Both the position numbers and the translations under genes were made by a program. From a virus (lineage: Duplodnaviria; Caudoviricetes): DNA of 50,234 bases. Shown piece after piece: positions 37,167 through 47,239 of this stretch. The notes beneath the pieces were generated by a model that had not been told where the DNA came from, searched no databases, and saw only the letters and a program-made list of their open reading frames with translations. Position 1 is the stretch's first letter, and the number at the start of each line of letters is the position of its first letter. The DNA lies in IMG/VR virus record IMGVR_UViG_3300005805_000124, positions 1 through 50,234 of that record; one strand, given 5' to 3'.

Positions 37167-37951
37167 TTATAATCCTGTAGCCCTCTTACAAGGCCTGTTA
37201 ATTTAATAGGTAAATTATTTAATTTTTTCCAATCACCGGTGTAATTATTTTTAGATTCCGTGTCAATAACAATTTTTGTTTTAATATTGTGTATGTCTCT
37301 AAACATTTCTAGTACCTCATTAATTCTATATTTGTTTGGATAAACACAATTTATATCTTTATAAAAGGGAGTGGTCTCATTTAGATAATAATCAACAACC
37401 TGAATAAGATCATGTATACTAAAATAATCGAAAAATCTATTATCAGTTATTCTAAAGTCGGTAGCAGTATTTAAAAATTTAGGAAATATTCTAGTAGAGA
37501 TTTCGCCCTGTCCGAAACAATTAAAAATTCTAAGATTGTAAAAGTTTTCTGTACTGTCTGCTAGCCTGCTTCTGAGATTTTGTCCTAATCCATAACTATC
37601 AATTGGAAATCTATTATATATTTCATGCTCCATGGCTAAATCTATATCTCTTGATCGATCAAATTCAGCACCTGACGCTGTATTAATAAATTTATTGAAC
37701 AGATGTCTATTATGATAGAAATTTAGTATAATTCCAAAATTGTTTGCAACATCATCTAAAGTATTATTCATTGTAGCAGCACAGCAAATTACACAATCTA
37801 ATTCTGCTAGTTGCAAAAAATTCTTCACTGAATAAAAATCTAATAGATTTAAATTATCTCTAGTTATTTCTAGTACTGTATGATGTTGTTTAAAATGTTG
37901 AGCTAAGTTTCTTCCCACAAACCCCTTTGCACCCAATATCGCTATTTTCAT
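37163..37951 (-). CDS. NAD(P)-dependent sugar epimerase/reductase (SDR)
   Basis: GAKGFVG, SGAEFD, YGLGQ (Lys of YxxxK replaced), LRIFNCFG. Confidence 0.8.
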   Translation of the reverse strand: MKIAILGAKGFVGRNLAQHFKQHHTVLEITRDNLNLLDFYSVKNFLQLAELDCVICCAATMNNTLDDVANNFGIILNFYHNRHLFNKFINTASGAEFDRSRDIDLAMEHEIYNRFPIDSYGLGQNLRSRLADSTENFYNLRIFNCFGQGEISTRIFPKFLNTATDFRITDNRFFDYFSIHDLIQVVDYYLNETTPFYKDINCVYPNKYRINEVLEMFRDIHNIKTKIVIDTESKNNYTGDWKKLNNLPIKLTGLVRGLQDYK

Positions 37952-38976
37952 TTTGGCACCGCATAGAGCACACTGTCAAAACTGTTAAAATTATGTTGTC
38001 TAATATAGAAATTATAATCTTCACAGTATTCGGATAGTAATAACGGGATTTCCCAAATATCTTGGGGTTTATGATAAATGCTGACAGCCATCACTGGTCG
38101 ACTATTTCTAATAAGTCTCTTGGCACCGTTGATTGCTTTAAATTCACCTCCTTCAAGATCAAGTTTAATAAAACTTAAATTGTGCACATTGGGAAATAAT
38201 TGATCCAATGATACTGTCATTACATTATAAGTGCCCTTAGAGTCGATATGAGCACTTTCGGCACTGTCACTGGCAAATTTAACCAATTCAATTTTATCAC
38301 TGAGTGCCATGGGTATACATACTGCCTGTTTAACATTGTTTGTCAACCGGGCAAAATTATTGGGATCTGGTTCTATTAAATAACTCTGAGAAACTTCTGC
38401 TCTTTCTATTAGGTAATTATAAGTATCACCTATATAGGCGCCACCATCTACATATATATCGATGGATCTATTTAGAGTAAGATTATTAAAATATTGTGGT
38501 AAATTGTCAGTAAAATAACTGTATTCTATTAGATTACCTAACCTAAAATTTATTATATTATAAAAGCATTCTATACTAGCGGGATCATGAAATAAGTTAG
38601 CTGCTTGATTAATTAATTGCAAATTTTGTTCTATTAGATTATCTTTCGATAACCAATATCGCCAACCCATTTCATAATAAAACTGGTTATAAAAATCCCA
38701 TGGCATAAAGATATTCTCGAAGCCTTTGTTCACAGCCTCATCATAGATTTTTTTTAGTGGTGTATCTCTATTAAAAATACCTATGACAATTTGTGTATCG
38801 CTATTGGGGCGATTATCAAACCAAGTGTCGGAAGTAACGTAGCCTTTAAATTTATAACCCGAGGTTCGCAGTATATCTGCTGCTCGTTGACCAAAACTAC
38901 CAGCACCAAAAACAAATACAGGTTGTTTGGGGTTTAAAAATTTATAGTTAGCCGCTGAAATTTTTTGATTTTGCAT
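37948..38976 (-). CDS. FkbM-family methyltransferase
   Basis: VDGGAYIGD, IEPD, FIKLDLEGGE, SIYH. Confidence 0.85.
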   Translation of the reverse strand: MQNQKISAANYKFLNPKQPVFVFGAGSFGQRAADILRTSGYKFKGYVTSDTWFDNRPNSDTQIVIGIFNRDTPLKKIYDEAVNKGFENIFMPWDFYNQFYYEMGWRYWLSKDNLIEQNLQLINQAANLFHDPASIECFYNIINFRLGNLIEYSYFTDNLPQYFNNLTLNRSIDIYVDGGAYIGDTYNYLIERAEVSQSYLIEPDPNNFARLTNNVKQAVCIPMALSDKIELVKFASDSAESAHIDSKGTYNVMTVSLDQLFPNVHNLSFIKLDLEGGEFKAINGAKRLIRNSRPVMAVSIYHKPQDIWEIPLLLSEYCEDYNFYIRQHNFNSFDSVLYAVPK

Positions 38977-40762
38977 TATTTTTTACTGCCTGTGCACTGT
39001 TGCGAACAGCAGCTAATTCCTCAGGATCTAAGAATGGATACATATCATCTAATTGCAATGGTATAAATTTTCCGTTTTCATCTAATCTTGCTCGCATTCT
39101 TGGTGCGAAATTTTGATCAGGATCTACATGAATATTTACAAGTATAGGGCCGTCGGCTCTAAGTTTCTGATCCAAAATCCAAAGATCTGCTTCTGATCTT
39201 ATGCTTACACTGTGAATTCCAAATGATTTAGCAACTTCATCAAAGTTAGGAAAAGTTATTCCAGAATCTGGGTTCGCTCCGACTATTTTTCCAAAAAAGT
39301 TTTCATGTGTCTGTTTTATACTTAAATAACCTCGGTTATTTAAAATTAATATAATAATATTAGCATTCAGTGCTCTAATGGTTTGCAGTTCTTGTATATT
39401 CATCTGTATACTGCCATCACCGGCAAAACATATTACTCGTCCTTTATTAGCAGTAGCAGCACCTATGGCAGCAGGTAAATCATATCCCATACTGGCACTA
39501 CCACTGTTACTAAACATACGTTGATTAGCACTAAGTTTAGCTACTTGAAAAGGTAATATACATGCACTTGCATTTCCACAAACAATAATGTCATTATCAC
39601 GTAGTTGTTTAGTAACTCTTTCCACAATTAAATATGGGTTAAGTTTACTATTTTTATGTTTGTGTTCTTTTACTACACTATATTTTTCACCGATTTGTTG
39701 TACCCAGGATACCCAATTATCAAAACTAGGTAAAACATCTGTTTGTTCTATAGTTTTATCTAGTAAGTTAATAAATTCACTGGCATCACAAATAATCTTT
39801 TGATCAGGCTGTATTGTTGGTTTATTAAGTTCTTGTTCGTCGATATCTACCTGTACAAGCCATGCATTTTTTGCAAATGAATTCCAATTATATCCTGTTT
39901 GTCTTATATTAAGTCGTGAGCCAATTACCAAGACAAAATCTGCCTGTTGAAGACAAAAATTACCTGCTCTTGTTCCTATAGTACCTGGTCTACCCGCATA
40001 CAATGAATGATCACTGGGTATAATGTCATGGGTCCATGCAGTAGCTATGGGTATACCATACTTTTCTGCAAAGCCCACTAAGGCTTTTTCTGCACCTGCC
40101 AGACGAACTCCTGTACCCGCTAATATTAAAGGTCTATTTGCATAGCGTAATTGATAACATAATTTTCCTAATTCATCCTGTACATTACTGTTAGTTTCTG
40201 TCTTTATCAGATCGGAATTAAAGTTTAGTTGATAGGTACTATTCTGAATATCTATAGGAATATCTAGCCAAACCGGACCTGGTCTTCCACTAATAGCAAG
40301 AGCATACGCCTTGGGTAATTCAGTTTCTAATTCGGCTGCGGATTTAATTAATTTTGCATATTTGGTTATATGCTGTGCCATATGTATAGTGGGACCTTCT
40401 TGATCACCTAATTGTCTTATTTCTAAGTTATGATGAAAATCTATGCAGGTTTCACTTTTTACTTGACCTGATAATATAATCATAGGGATACTGTCAGTAT
40501 AGGCACCATAGACACCATTAAATGCGTTTATACTGCCAGGTCCAGTTGTTACCATTACTACAGCAGGTTGTCCTGACATTCTTGCGTAGGCCTCCGCTGC
40601 CATACTACAGGCCTGTTCGTGATGCATAAAGGTACAATTCATGTATGGATGACTGCCTAAATCAAAGTTTAAAAACATCGATCCTCCGCCAGTAACTGTG
40701 AAGACTTTGTTAACTTTTTTTGTAACTAACCACTCTGCTATCTGTTGACTTATTCTTTTCAT
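38948..40762 (-). CDS. ThDP-dependent acetolactate-synthase-like enzyme (YerE-like), copy 2
   Basis: HEQACSMAAE, TTGPG, SGRPGPVWLDIP, GDGSIQMN...NNRGY. Confidence 0.88.
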   Translation of the reverse strand: MKRISQQIAEWLVTKKVNKVFTVTGGGSMFLNFDLGSHPYMNCTFMHHEQACSMAAEAYARMSGQPAVVMVTTGPGSINAFNGVYGAYTDSIPMIILSGQVKSETCIDFHHNLEIRQLGDQEGPTIHMAQHITKYAKLIKSAAELETELPKAYALAISGRPGPVWLDIPIDIQNSTYQLNFNSDLIKTETNSNVQDELGKLCYQLRYANRPLILAGTGVRLAGAEKALVGFAEKYGIPIATAWTHDIIPSDHSLYAGRPGTIGTRAGNFCLQQADFVLVIGSRLNIRQTGYNWNSFAKNAWLVQVDIDEQELNKPTIQPDQKIICDASEFINLLDKTIEQTDVLPSFDNWVSWVQQIGEKYSVVKEHKHKNSKLNPYLIVERVTKQLRDNDIIVCGNASACILPFQVAKLSANQRMFSNSGSASMGYDLPAAIGAATANKGRVICFAGDGSIQMNIQELQTIRALNANIIILILNNRGYLSIKQTHENFFGKIVGANPDSGITFPNFDEVAKSFGIHSVSIRSEADLWILDQKLRADGPILVNIHVDPDQNFAPRMRARLDENGKFIPLQLDDMYPFLDPEELAAVRNSAQAVKNNAKSKNFSG

Positions 40763-41868
40763 AGACCACGATTTAAAATTAATTGTTTTAGAGTTGAATT
40801 TTCATTATAAGGACCATCGATGTGTTCAATGGTCAATGCTTGATCAGCTTCTACTTTTTGTATAAGAGTTTCACCATCTATTACTTCTCTACAGCTAAGT
40901 TGTCCCTTATGCAAAGGAACACTCAGATAAAAATCTTTTAAAAAAGAATCTTTCTGAAATTTGTATCCAGGTTCTAGTGTATGTTTAGCGTATACACCTC
41001 TTACTAATGCATCTAAATACTCTGTTTCTTTTTTGCTAATTACTCGTCTCGAATCATTATAACCACCACACATTTCTTTAGCTTTATGAAAGGCCTTGTA
41101 CCAAACATCACACTGTTCTGGTAGACTATTATATTTACTGACCTCCACTGACTGATAGTTAATATCTATGTGTCTTTCCCAAGTCCTTGCTCCCTTACCA
41201 TAACTTATCAGCATACTGCTAGACCAATCATTATATTCGTGTGTGCTAAGACCTATAATATGATCTGGATAACGTTTTTTAAGATAATCAATTTGATCCA
41301 ACTGTAATTCGTGATCTTCACTGGGGTATAAACTAACACAGTGATTAATTGCTAAGGGTATATCGCGGTTTTCAAAAAACTGCACAAGATCATCTAAGTC
41401 TTTTTCACTGGCTCCACCCGTACTAACAATCACTGCCTTACGTGTACTAGCAATTTTATTAATCAAAGGCCAATCATTCATATCACTACTAGCAATTTTA
41501 ATAATAGGCATATGAAATTCTACGCACAAATCAACACTGGCTTCATCAAAAGGCGTGCTCATAGGTATGGCTCCTACCTTTTTAATTTCGTCAATAAGCT
41601 TAGTATATTGAGCCTTTGTCATTGCGGTAGATTCTGTTTTTTTAATATACCTTAGATCCTTGTTACCTTTAAAATCAGGATGGATAAAATTATCTACATC
41701 TCTAAACTGCAATTTAATAGCAGCCTTAATATTGTTATATCTTGCTACTGTACCATGATCTCGAATAATTTTAATCCCACGATCTAATTTGCCCAAATGA
41801 TTATTTGCTAACTCTAATACAAACAAATTTTCAAAAATTTCTCTATCTCGTTGTTTAACAGTATTCAT
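40759..41868 (-). CDS. N-acetylneuraminate synthase (NeuB)-family PEP-dependent synthase
   Basis: ELANNH, IKLQ, STPFD, IKIAS, HCVSLYP, GLSTH, ERH. Confidence 0.85.
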   Translation of the reverse strand: MNTVKQRDREIFENLFVLELANNHLGKLDRGIKIIRDHGTVARYNNIKAAIKLQFRDVDNFIHPDFKGNKDLRYIKKTESTAMTKAQYTKLIDEIKKVGAIPMSTPFDEASVDLCVEFHMPIIKIASSDMNDWPLINKIASTRKAVIVSTGGASEKDLDDLVQFFENRDIPLAINHCVSLYPSEDHELQLDQIDYLKKRYPDHIIGLSTHEYNDWSSSMLISYGKGARTWERHIDINYQSVEVSKYNSLPEQCDVWYKAFHKAKEMCGGYNDSRRVISKKETEYLDALVRGVYAKHTLEPGYKFQKDSFLKDFYLSVPLHKGQLSCREVIDGETLIQKVEADQALTIEHIDGPYNENSTLKQLILNRGL

Positions 41869-42695
41869 TGTAATGCCCTTAAATAGGTTTGCATACCAGA
41901 TTCCAATCCCGCAAGATTTACTTTGTGATATAGGTTTAAACGCGAACTAGATCCGGTATAGTTATAATCAGTAAAATTAATAACTGTGTATCTCTTAGGT
42001 AAATTGTTTACAGTACAAAATACTTTTAACAATTCATCTAATCGATGTTTATGTTCATATACACAATTTATATCATCTTTTAATATTCTGTTTTCTATTA
42101 TATAGTTTACAATGCTTGCGAAGTCTTGTATACTGATATAATCAAAGTATCTATTATCTTTAATTTCATAGATACCATCGGTCATAAGAAATCTTTTAAA
42201 AAATCTAGTAGACCATTCTTGCGATCCAAAACAACCAAATAATCGTAAAGTAGTAAAGCGTTCCTGGTTACAAATAGTTCTTGCAATAGTATTCTTAGCA
42301 AATCCGTAGGGATCCATGGGCATTACTTGCCATATTTCGTGTTCTGATTTGTTTTCTATATTAGTGGTTCTATCGAACTCTGCACCCGATCCTATATTAA
42401 TATATTGATCAAACTTATCTTGCAAGCTATAAAAATTATAAAACATAGCCAAGTTTTTTGCAACCTCAGCGCCATGGTCCTGTTCCGCAGTATGTTTAAA
42501 TCCATAAGTCAGACAATTAACTACTACATTGGGTTTAACTGTATCTAATAAAGTATTAACAGAAGATTGTAGTGTAAAATCAATTTGATCCTGTTTATGA
42601 ATAGCAATTACTTCATATCTATCCTCTAAGTAGTGTTTGAGATAAGAGCCTATAAATCCATCTGCAGCTATTACTAATACTTTTAACTGTCCCAT
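41865..42695 (-). CDS. NAD(P)-dependent sugar epimerase/reductase (SDR), paralogue of 37163..37951
   Basis: AADGFIG, GSGAEFD, YGFAK, LRLFGCFG, NRYFDY. Confidence 0.8.
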   Translation of the reverse strand: MGQLKVLVIAADGFIGSYLKHYLEDRYEVIAIHKQDQIDFTLQSSVNTLLDTVKPNVVVNCLTYGFKHTAEQDHGAEVAKNLAMFYNFYSLQDKFDQYINIGSGAEFDRTTNIENKSEHEIWQVMPMDPYGFAKNTIARTICNQERFTTLRLFGCFGSQEWSTRFFKRFLMTDGIYEIKDNRYFDYISIQDFASIVNYIIENRILKDDINCVYEHKHRLDELLKVFCTVNNLPKRYTVINFTDYNYTGSSSRLNLYHKVNLAGLESGMQTYLRALQ

Positions 42696-44512
42696 TCTGT
42701 ATACCTAGGTATTAACATATTGCTCATGAATTCCTCTTCAGGTAAATCTGGAGCAAGTTCTTCAATAGGCAAACTTACAATCCTACCATTTGATACCATT
42801 TTGCTTTGTACAATAGGATTCATTCTTGTTTCTGGATCTATATGTACAATAGTAGCAAAAGCACCCGGATGCTTAAGATTTTGCTCAATAGCATCAGGTA
42901 GATCTACGTTAGTTTTTGCAACATTTACATTGTATCCATAGGCAGATAATAATTTTACAAAGTCGGGACAATCGAGGCCGCTTTCCGGGGTCGACCCTAT
43001 CATACGACCATTGAAATATTTTTTCTGAGTATTAATTAAGCTAAGATAGCCACCATTTTCTATAATAAACAATTTTAAAGGTACATGATAAGTTAGAGCT
43101 GTTTGCAGTTCTTGAATATTGACCTGTATACCACCATCGCCAGTTACACAGATTACACGTTGGTTTGGTCGTGCAAATGATGCACCAATTGCACTGGGTA
43201 AGGTGTGTCCCATACAACCTGCGCCAATTTCTCCTAGATGCCTCTGCCCGAATTTAGTTTGCCAAACTTGCCAGCCCACCGTAGCATGAAATCCTGCGTT
43301 ACCAGTAAGTACACAATCTGCATCGTTTGCCTGTTCGCTTAATTCATTATAAAACTGATATAAACTGCAGTAATTGGAATCATGGGAAGGAATCGCAGTA
43401 GGCCAATACTTAGATTTTAATCTTGTGCAATAATCACGCCATGGTTGTATAGATAAGTTATAATCCTGCTGTAACATTTTATCCAGAAAATATTCAGCAT
43501 CAGTATTAATTGCAATGTCAGGTATTACAGTTGGTTTATTCAGTTCTTGATTATCTATGTCAACAACAATTTTTTTAGCAGCACGAGCAAATGCTTTAGC
43601 ATTAAATCCGGTTGTTTCGTAGTGTAGTCCTGCACCTATAGCAATAAGACAATCACTATTTTGTATAATAAAATTAGCTGCTCGTTGTCCAAAATTACTG
43701 GGTCTACCAAACCAATTTGGGTCATTGCTATCAAACAAGTCAATTCCGCTTACAGTAGATAAAACTGGAATACCACTATGCTTAACAAAGTCATGTAATT
43801 TGTTAATTGATTTGGCCAGTCGTACTCCTTGACCAGCTAAAATTACTGGCCGTTTTGCATTGCGAATAAGATTCAATACTGTATTCAATTTTTCGCTGTT
43901 AAAATTATTGTAGAGTTGTTGTTTTTCAGCAGTGATATTTGCCAATATTTTAGCGATATCCGCATCAACATCTGCCAATATTTCTTTGCCTTGAATATCC
44001 AATGGCAAGTCTAGCCATACCGGACCGGGTCTACCGCTTAACATTGCGGTCATTGCTAGTACAAATTCCTCAGGTATTGTATGTTCGTCTAATATCAATT
44101 TACTGTATTTGGTAATAGTTTGTACCATTGGAACAGGATAATACTGTTGGGGACTTGATCCTCTAATATCTACATTAAGATGTAAGGTTTCAACCATGAA
44201 TTGCCCTGACAGAAATAATACCGGTGTACTGTCTGTCCATGCACTGGCACATCCAGTCATAGCGTTAGTTCCTCCAGGGCCTGATGTAACCATACAGACG
44301 CCTATATTGTCACTGGCGCGAGCATAACTTTTTGCCATCATTGCGGCTGCTTGTTCATGTAGAGCAGACACATATCTAATGCCATTGCGATTAACAATAC
44401 TATCCATTAGATACATCAGATGTCCACCTGCAACTGCAAATACAGTATTAACTTTAAATGCAGTAAGAAAATCTGCGATATAATCTGAAACTTTTAATTT
44501 TATTTTTGCCAT
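42683..44512 (-). CDS. ThDP-dependent acetolactate-synthase-like enzyme (YerE-like), copy 1
   Basis: HEQAAAMMA, TSGPG, SGRPGPVWLDLP, GDGGIQVN...ENGGY. Confidence 0.88.
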   Translation of the reverse strand: MAKIKLKVSDYIADFLTAFKVNTVFAVAGGHLMYLMDSIVNRNGIRYVSALHEQAAAMMAKSYARASDNIGVCMVTSGPGGTNAMTGCASAWTDSTPVLFLSGQFMVETLHLNVDIRGSSPQQYYPVPMVQTITKYSKLILDEHTIPEEFVLAMTAMLSGRPGPVWLDLPLDIQGKEILADVDADIAKILANITAEKQQLYNNFNSEKLNTVLNLIRNAKRPVILAGQGVRLAKSINKLHDFVKHSGIPVLSTVSGIDLFDSNDPNWFGRPSNFGQRAANFIIQNSDCLIAIGAGLHYETTGFNAKAFARAAKKIVVDIDNQELNKPTVIPDIAINTDAEYFLDKMLQQDYNLSIQPWRDYCTRLKSKYWPTAIPSHDSNYCSLYQFYNELSEQANDADCVLTGNAGFHATVGWQVWQTKFGQRHLGEIGAGCMGHTLPSAIGASFARPNQRVICVTGDGGIQVNIQELQTALTYHVPLKLFIIENGGYLSLINTQKKYFNGRMIGSTPESGLDCPDFVKLLSAYGYNVNVAKTNVDLPDAIEQNLKHPGAFATIVHIDPETRMNPIVQSKMVSNGRIVSLPIEELAPDLPEEEFMSNMLIPRYTEWDS

Positions 44513-44513
44513 T

Positions 44514-45794
44514 TTAATCTAACATTAATTTTGGTAACCATGTACTTAGCTGTGGTACATATATACAAATTATAATAGAAATAACTAAACATAACAACCA
44601 GGGTGTAATCTGTTTGGACAAATAATTAAATTCAACACCACTTATTTTTGCCACTAAAAATAGACTAGGCCCAAAAGGAGGAGTTATAAGACCAGTCATC
44701 ATGCATAGTGTTAATACAACTCCAAAATGAATAGGATCAATTCCAATATTTAATGCCGCGGGTAAAAATACCGGGACCACTAACAACATAATTGCTAAAC
44801 CATCAAGAAAACAACCCAGGAATATTACTAGTGCACTGAGTAGTAATAAAATCGATTCGGGATGCTGAGTAATCGAAATTATGTGTTGACTGAGTAATTG
44901 AGGAACACCCTGCAATGTAAGGAAATAATTAAACAGTGCTGCACTGGTCAATGTGATCATTACACTGCTGGTCATCAGACTGGCATTAATAAAACTTATT
45001 TTAATTTTAGCCCAATCTAATTTCTTATAGACAAATCCTGCTAGTAACCAAACATAAATTACTGTGGCCACTGCTGCTTCCGTTGGGGTAAAAACACCCA
45101 CTACTATTCCTAAAATTATTATCACTGTACTCATTAAACTGAGAAATCCAATTCTAAAACCTTTCCATAATAGTCTTAGACTAAAACTACGTTTAGGTAA
45201 ATCAGTTCCTGTTCGTTTACAGTAGAAATAGATGTATATCATAAGAATAGCAGCAACCAATAATCCCGGTAAGGTACCTGCTAACATCATTGCACCTGCA
45301 CTTACACTGGCTATTACCGCGTAGATTACTAATGGTATACTAGGAGGAATTAAAGGACCTAGCACACTAGTAGTGGCTGTTAAACAAGCAGTCCAACTTG
45401 GATCATATTTTGCTCGTATCATTGCAGGGATCATTACTTTACCAATGCCTGCAGCTTCTGCAAGAGCACTACCACTTACTCCGCTCATTATTACATTTGC
45501 ACCAACATTAACATGTGCCAATCCACCTGTGATATGACCTAATAGCGTTTTACTAAAAAAAACAAGACGTTTAGTAATTGTGCCTTCGTTCATTAACTCG
45601 CCTGCAAGAATGAATATAGGCACTGCCAGTAAAGGAAAACTGTCAATACTATGGTAAAGTTTGTTTACAATTGTACTAAGATTAATATCTAAGAATAATA
45701 GACCTACAATACTGGCAAAACCTAAACTGGCAAACAATGTCATACCAGAAAACAATAGTCCAAACCAAAGTATAATAACAAATATTGTAATCAT
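44514..45794 (-). CDS. dctM: TRAP transporter large permease
   Basis: FPLLAVPIFILAGELM, GGLAHV, SGSALA, LIPPSIP, FTPTEAA, GIDPIHFG, TPPFG. Confidence 0.92.
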   Translation of the reverse strand: MITIFVIILWFGLLFSGMTLFASLGFASIVGLLFLDINLSTIVNKLYHSIDSFPLLAVPIFILAGELMNEGTITKRLVFFSKTLLGHITGGLAHVNVGANVIMSGVSGSALAEAAGIGKVMIPAMIRAKYDPSWTACLTATTSVLGPLIPPSIPLVIYAVIASVSAGAMMLAGTLPGLLVAAILMIYIYFYCKRTGTDLPKRSFSLRLLWKGFRIGFLSLMSTVIIILGIVVGVFTPTEAAVATVIYVWLLAGFVYKKLDWAKIKISFINASLMTSSVMITLTSAALFNYFLTLQGVPQLLSQHIISITQHPESILLLLSALVIFLGCFLDGLAIMLLVVPVFLPAALNIGIDPIHFGVVLTLCMMTGLITPPFGPSLFLVAKISGVEFNYLSKQITPWLLCLVISIIICIYVPQLSTWLPKLMLD

Positions 45795-45796
45795 CG

Positions 45797-46231
45797 TTAA
45801 CTAGAGCGCCAAGTAACCAAATAGTTCTTCAATGATAAGAAACTAAAAGTAATCGCTACAATAGCATACAGATAATAATAATTAATTTCTAATATTGATG
45901 TACTAATTGAACGAGCAGGACTAAGATATATAAGAAACAAATAAATCACAAAGCCAAAGTAAAAAGTTTCTATTAGATTATTAGTTCTATCAATTAATCT
46001 ACGCGATTTGAAGTTTAGGGTGTTAATAAATGCAGTAACTTTGATATGTTCTGCTGCTATTGCACCTATAAAAATCATTGCAATAAATAGAATCTTACTG
46101 ACTTCTTCGGTCCAATCTATAGGATTGTTGAATACATACCTTGATACTATCTGAAGAGTCATTGCAACCGTGATTAGAAACATTAGAACAGCAGCAATAA
46201 TACTGCTTAATCGATCAATATGTCTAATCAC
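45797..46231 (-). CDS. dctQ: TRAP transporter small permease
   Basis: QIVSRYVFNNPIDWTEEVS, HIKV, four hydrophobic helices. Confidence 0.88.
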   Translation of the reverse strand: MIRHIDRLSSIIAAVLMFLITVAMTLQIVSRYVFNNPIDWTEEVSKILFIAMIFIGAIAAEHIKVTAFINTLNFKSRRLIDRTNNLIETFYFGFVIYLFLIYLSPARSISTSILEINYYYLYAIVAITFSFLSLKNYLVTWRSS

Positions 46232-46246
46232 GGTGCTAAACTAAAA

Positions 46247-47215
46247 TTATTTTACACTTTGAAGTTTGGCCAAGAGACCCTTGCCCCAATTATCTTCATT
46301 CTTTTCGTAAACGGATTGCATTGCTTTAGCAAATGCTGCTTTATCTGGTTGTGTAAATATCACCCCGCGGGCCTGAAATTCTTTTACAAGATTTTCTTCC
46401 TGAGAAAAGAAAATACCATCACTGTGTTTAGCGCCCTGCTGCATACCATCTAGAATAATTTTCTTATCTGCAGCAGAAAGTTTAGCCCATGATTTTGTGT
46501 TAGTAACTGGCCACAAACCACTAATAACATGACTGGTAAGACTAATATGTTTTTGAACCTCTTGTAGTTTTGCTCCATTTATTGTAGGTAAAGGATTTTC
46601 TTGTCCATCAATAACTCCAGTCTGTAGTGCCAAATAAACTTCTGCCAATGGCATAGGAGTAGGGTGTGCACCCAGACTACGAACCATATCTAAAAACAAG
46701 GGAACTTCGGGTACACGAATTTTCATACCTTTTAGATCTTCGGGTCTATTAATAGGTTTATTACGAGTAGTAAAATGTCGTTGACCTGCATACCAAGCAG
46801 ATCCTACTCTTAGAATATTTGCCTTGTCTGCTAATTGCTGTTGAACATCTAATGCTGCACTGCTTTCAAATATTTTTTGCCAAGTAGGCCAATCTTTAGC
46901 AACAAATGGAGCTTCAAAAATTCCCATGGGTTTGTGCCAATTTCCCAACATTGCGGAACCAGTGAATCCCATATCTATACTACCATTACTGATCTGTTGC
47001 ACAATTTCACGCCCACTGCCTAATTGACTGGCAGGTAACAGCTGAACTTTAATTCTACCTGCTGATGTTTCTGTAATATATTTAACTGCTGTTTCTAATC
47101 CTTGACTAAACGGGTGTGTCACGGGAAACTCATGTGCTAATCTTAGATTAACAGTTTGTGCTTGTACTGCTGCACTAAATGCTAAGGCAGCTATAATTGA
47201 AAACAATTTTTTCAT
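46247..47215 (-). CDS. dctP: TRAP transporter substrate-binding protein (DctP/SiaP family)
   Basis: Signal peptide ending AVQA, QLG, DLKGMKIRVP, EVYLALQTGVIDGQENP. Confidence 0.92.
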   Translation of the reverse strand: MKKLFSIIAALAFSAAVQAQTVNLRLAHEFPVTHPFSQGLETAVKYITETSAGRIKVQLLPASQLGSGREIVQQISNGSIDMGFTGSAMLGNWHKPMGIFEAPFVAKDWPTWQKIFESSAALDVQQQLADKANILRVGSAWYAGQRHFTTRNKPINRPEDLKGMKIRVPEVPLFLDMVRSLGAHPTPMPLAEVYLALQTGVIDGQENPLPTINGAKLQEVQKHISLTSHVISGLWPVTNTKSWAKLSAADKKIILDGMQQGAKHSDGIFFSQEENLVKEFQARGVIFTQPDKAAFAKAMQSVYEKNEDNWGKGLLAKLQSVK

Positions 47216-47239
47216 TTATTTTTCCTTTATAAAAAAAAA

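Noticed and set aside
38948-44512. Branched-chain amino-acid (ilvB) auxiliary genes
   Set aside because: No ilvH/ilvC/ilvD is present, and both genes sit among NDP-sugar enzymes, each followed by an SDR.
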